Positions 42,429 to 43,612 of a stretch of DNA of 43,612 bases are shown in pieces (position 1 is the first letter of the stretch; every line of letters starts with the position of its first letter). A program made the translations under genes and the position numbers. The stretch is from Oscillospiraceae bacterium (GTDB lineage Bacteria; Bacillota; Clostridia; Oscillospirales; UBA644), in contig SVMP01000002.1 of the NCBI GenBank assembly GCA_015067385.1, forward strand, positions 1-43,612, read 5' to 3'. Under the pieces are notes generated by a model. That model did no database searches. It was not told the DNA's origin and saw nothing but the letters and a program-made list of their open reading frames with translations.

Positions 42429-43612
42429 TTACTGAAGATCTGAAAGAACTTTGAGGGTATTTTCGAGAAGACCTACGTAAGACGCACGTTTTGCCTTTTC
42501 TTCATCGACAACTTTCGCAGGAGCTTTAGATACGAAGCCTTCGTTTGAAAGTTTTTTATCGATGCGTGCAATTTCACCTTCGAGACGTTCTTTTTCTTTC
42601 AGGAGACGTGCTTTTTCTTTTTCAACGTCAACAAGCTCGCCCATGGGAATATATGCTTTAGCATCGGAGCTTAACGCAGTTGCGGTCTTTTCGAGAGATA
42701 CATTTTCGTTGATCTTTATCTCGGAAGCGCCTGCGAGACGTTTTAAGAATTCAGCACCGCGAGCATATTCTTCGGGATTTTCTGTTTCAATATAGAGGCT
42801 TGTCTTTTTGGATGCGGGAACATTCATATCAAGACGAAGCTGACGGATATTTTTAATAAGAGCTTTAACGTTTTCCATAGCAGCGGCATCTGCGGGGAAG
42901 GAGAGCTTTTCGTCATATTCAGGATACGGAGCGATAACGAGAGCTTCACCTTCGTGGGGAAGGGTCTGCCAGATCTCTTCTGTTATGAAAGGCATAAAGG
43001 GATGGAGAAGAGCAAGAGTGCCGTTGAGAACATAACAAATAACATTCTGTGCGGATTTCTTTGTTTCTTCGTTTGTATTTGTTTCAAAGAGACGGGGTTT
43101 AACGAGTTCGATATACCAGTCGCAAAGATCGTCCCAAACGAAATCGTAAAGTTTCTGAGCGGCAACGCCGAGCTCATATTTATCGAGATTTTCACGGACT
43201 TCTTTTACGCAGTTATTGAATTCGGTAAGGATCCATTTATCTTCAAGTTCGAGCTTTTCGGGGATCTCGGCATGATCGAGATCGATATATGTGAGTGCGA
43301 AACGAGCCGCATTCCAGATCTTGTTTGCGAAGTTTCTGGAGGATTTAACGACTTCATAGTAGAAACGCATATCATTACCCGGAGAGTTACCGGTAACGAG
43401 GGTATAACGGAGAGCATCGGCACCGTATTCGTTGATAACTTCGATCGGATCAATACCGTTACCGAGAGATTTGGACATCTTTCTGCCCTGAGAGTCTCTG
43501 ATAAGGCCGTGGAAAAGAACGTGTTCAAACGGAGCTTTACCGGTATGTTCAAGACCGGAGAATATCATTCTGGAAACCCAGAAGAAGATGATATCGTAGC
43601 CTGTAACGAGAA
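42429..43612 (-). CDS. valS: Valine--tRNA ligase, C-terminal part (partial, continues past the window end)
   Basis: The reading frame is open to base 43612. It has a KMSKSLGN class I motif, an anticodon-binding domain and a C-terminal coiled coil (KEKARLLKEKERLEGEIARIDKKL). Confidence 0.95.
   Translation of the reverse strand, partial: LVTGYDIIFFWVSRMIFSGLEHTGKAPFEHVLFHGLIRDSQGRKMSKSLGNGIDPIEVINEYGADALRYTLVTGNSPGNDMRFYYEVVKSSRNFANKIWNAARFALTYIDLDHAEIPEKLELEDKWILTEFNNCVKEVRENLDKYELGVAAQKLYDFVWDDLCDWYIELVKPRLFETNTNEETKKSAQNVICYVLNGTLALLHPFMPFITEEIWQTLPHEGEALVIAPYPEYDEKLSFPADAAAMENVKALIKNIRQLRLDMNVPASKKTSLYIETENPEEYARGAEFLKRLAGASEIKINENVSLEKTATALSSDAKAYIPMGELVDVEKEKARLLKEKERLEGEIARIDKKLSNEGFVSKAPAKVVDEEKAKRASYVGLLENTLKVLSDLQ

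Overview
This is a low-GC, Firmicutes/Clostridia-like chromosomal segment (SLH cell-wall protein, spoIIID homologue, consensus sigma-A promoters). It is mostly housekeeping biosynthesis. The + strand carries the hslO 3' end, a pyrK-like gene, a complete his operon (fused hisZ-hisG, hisD, C, B, H, A, F, I, E), and a complete aromatic operon (DAHP synthase, tyrA, aroB, aroA, aroC, pheA, fused aroE-aroK, aroQ). These are followed by an orphan FAD oxidoreductase, then nadA-nadB-nadC-niaR, then a GH42 beta-galactosidase. The - strand carries a nitroreductase, a MATE efflux pump and msrA. It also carries a small accessory block (GH99/WbsX-like protein, lipoprotein, two hypotheticals, TIM-barrel isomerase, metallophosphoesterase) and a tRNA-Thr/tRNA-Tyr pair. 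Further - strand genes are a beta-lactamase-family hydrolase, der, an Fe-S aldo/keto reductase, a membrane protein and the valS 3' part. Three signals are not explained by gene calls. (1) Two related intergenic elements of about 200-270 bp (18845-19117 and 32781-33007) consist of tandem short perfect hairpins with different sequences. The hairpins are punctuated by the heptamer GTGATAT on the left half and its complement ATATCAC on the right half, and each element ends in a strong intrinsic terminator. (2) A 36-codon leader ORF has 9 Phe/Tyr codons in 14, followed by a terminator directly upstream of the aro operon, which suggests a ribosome-mediated attenuator. (3) The spoIIID homologue is frameshifted. 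There is no CRISPR array, integrase, transposase or recognisable defence system.
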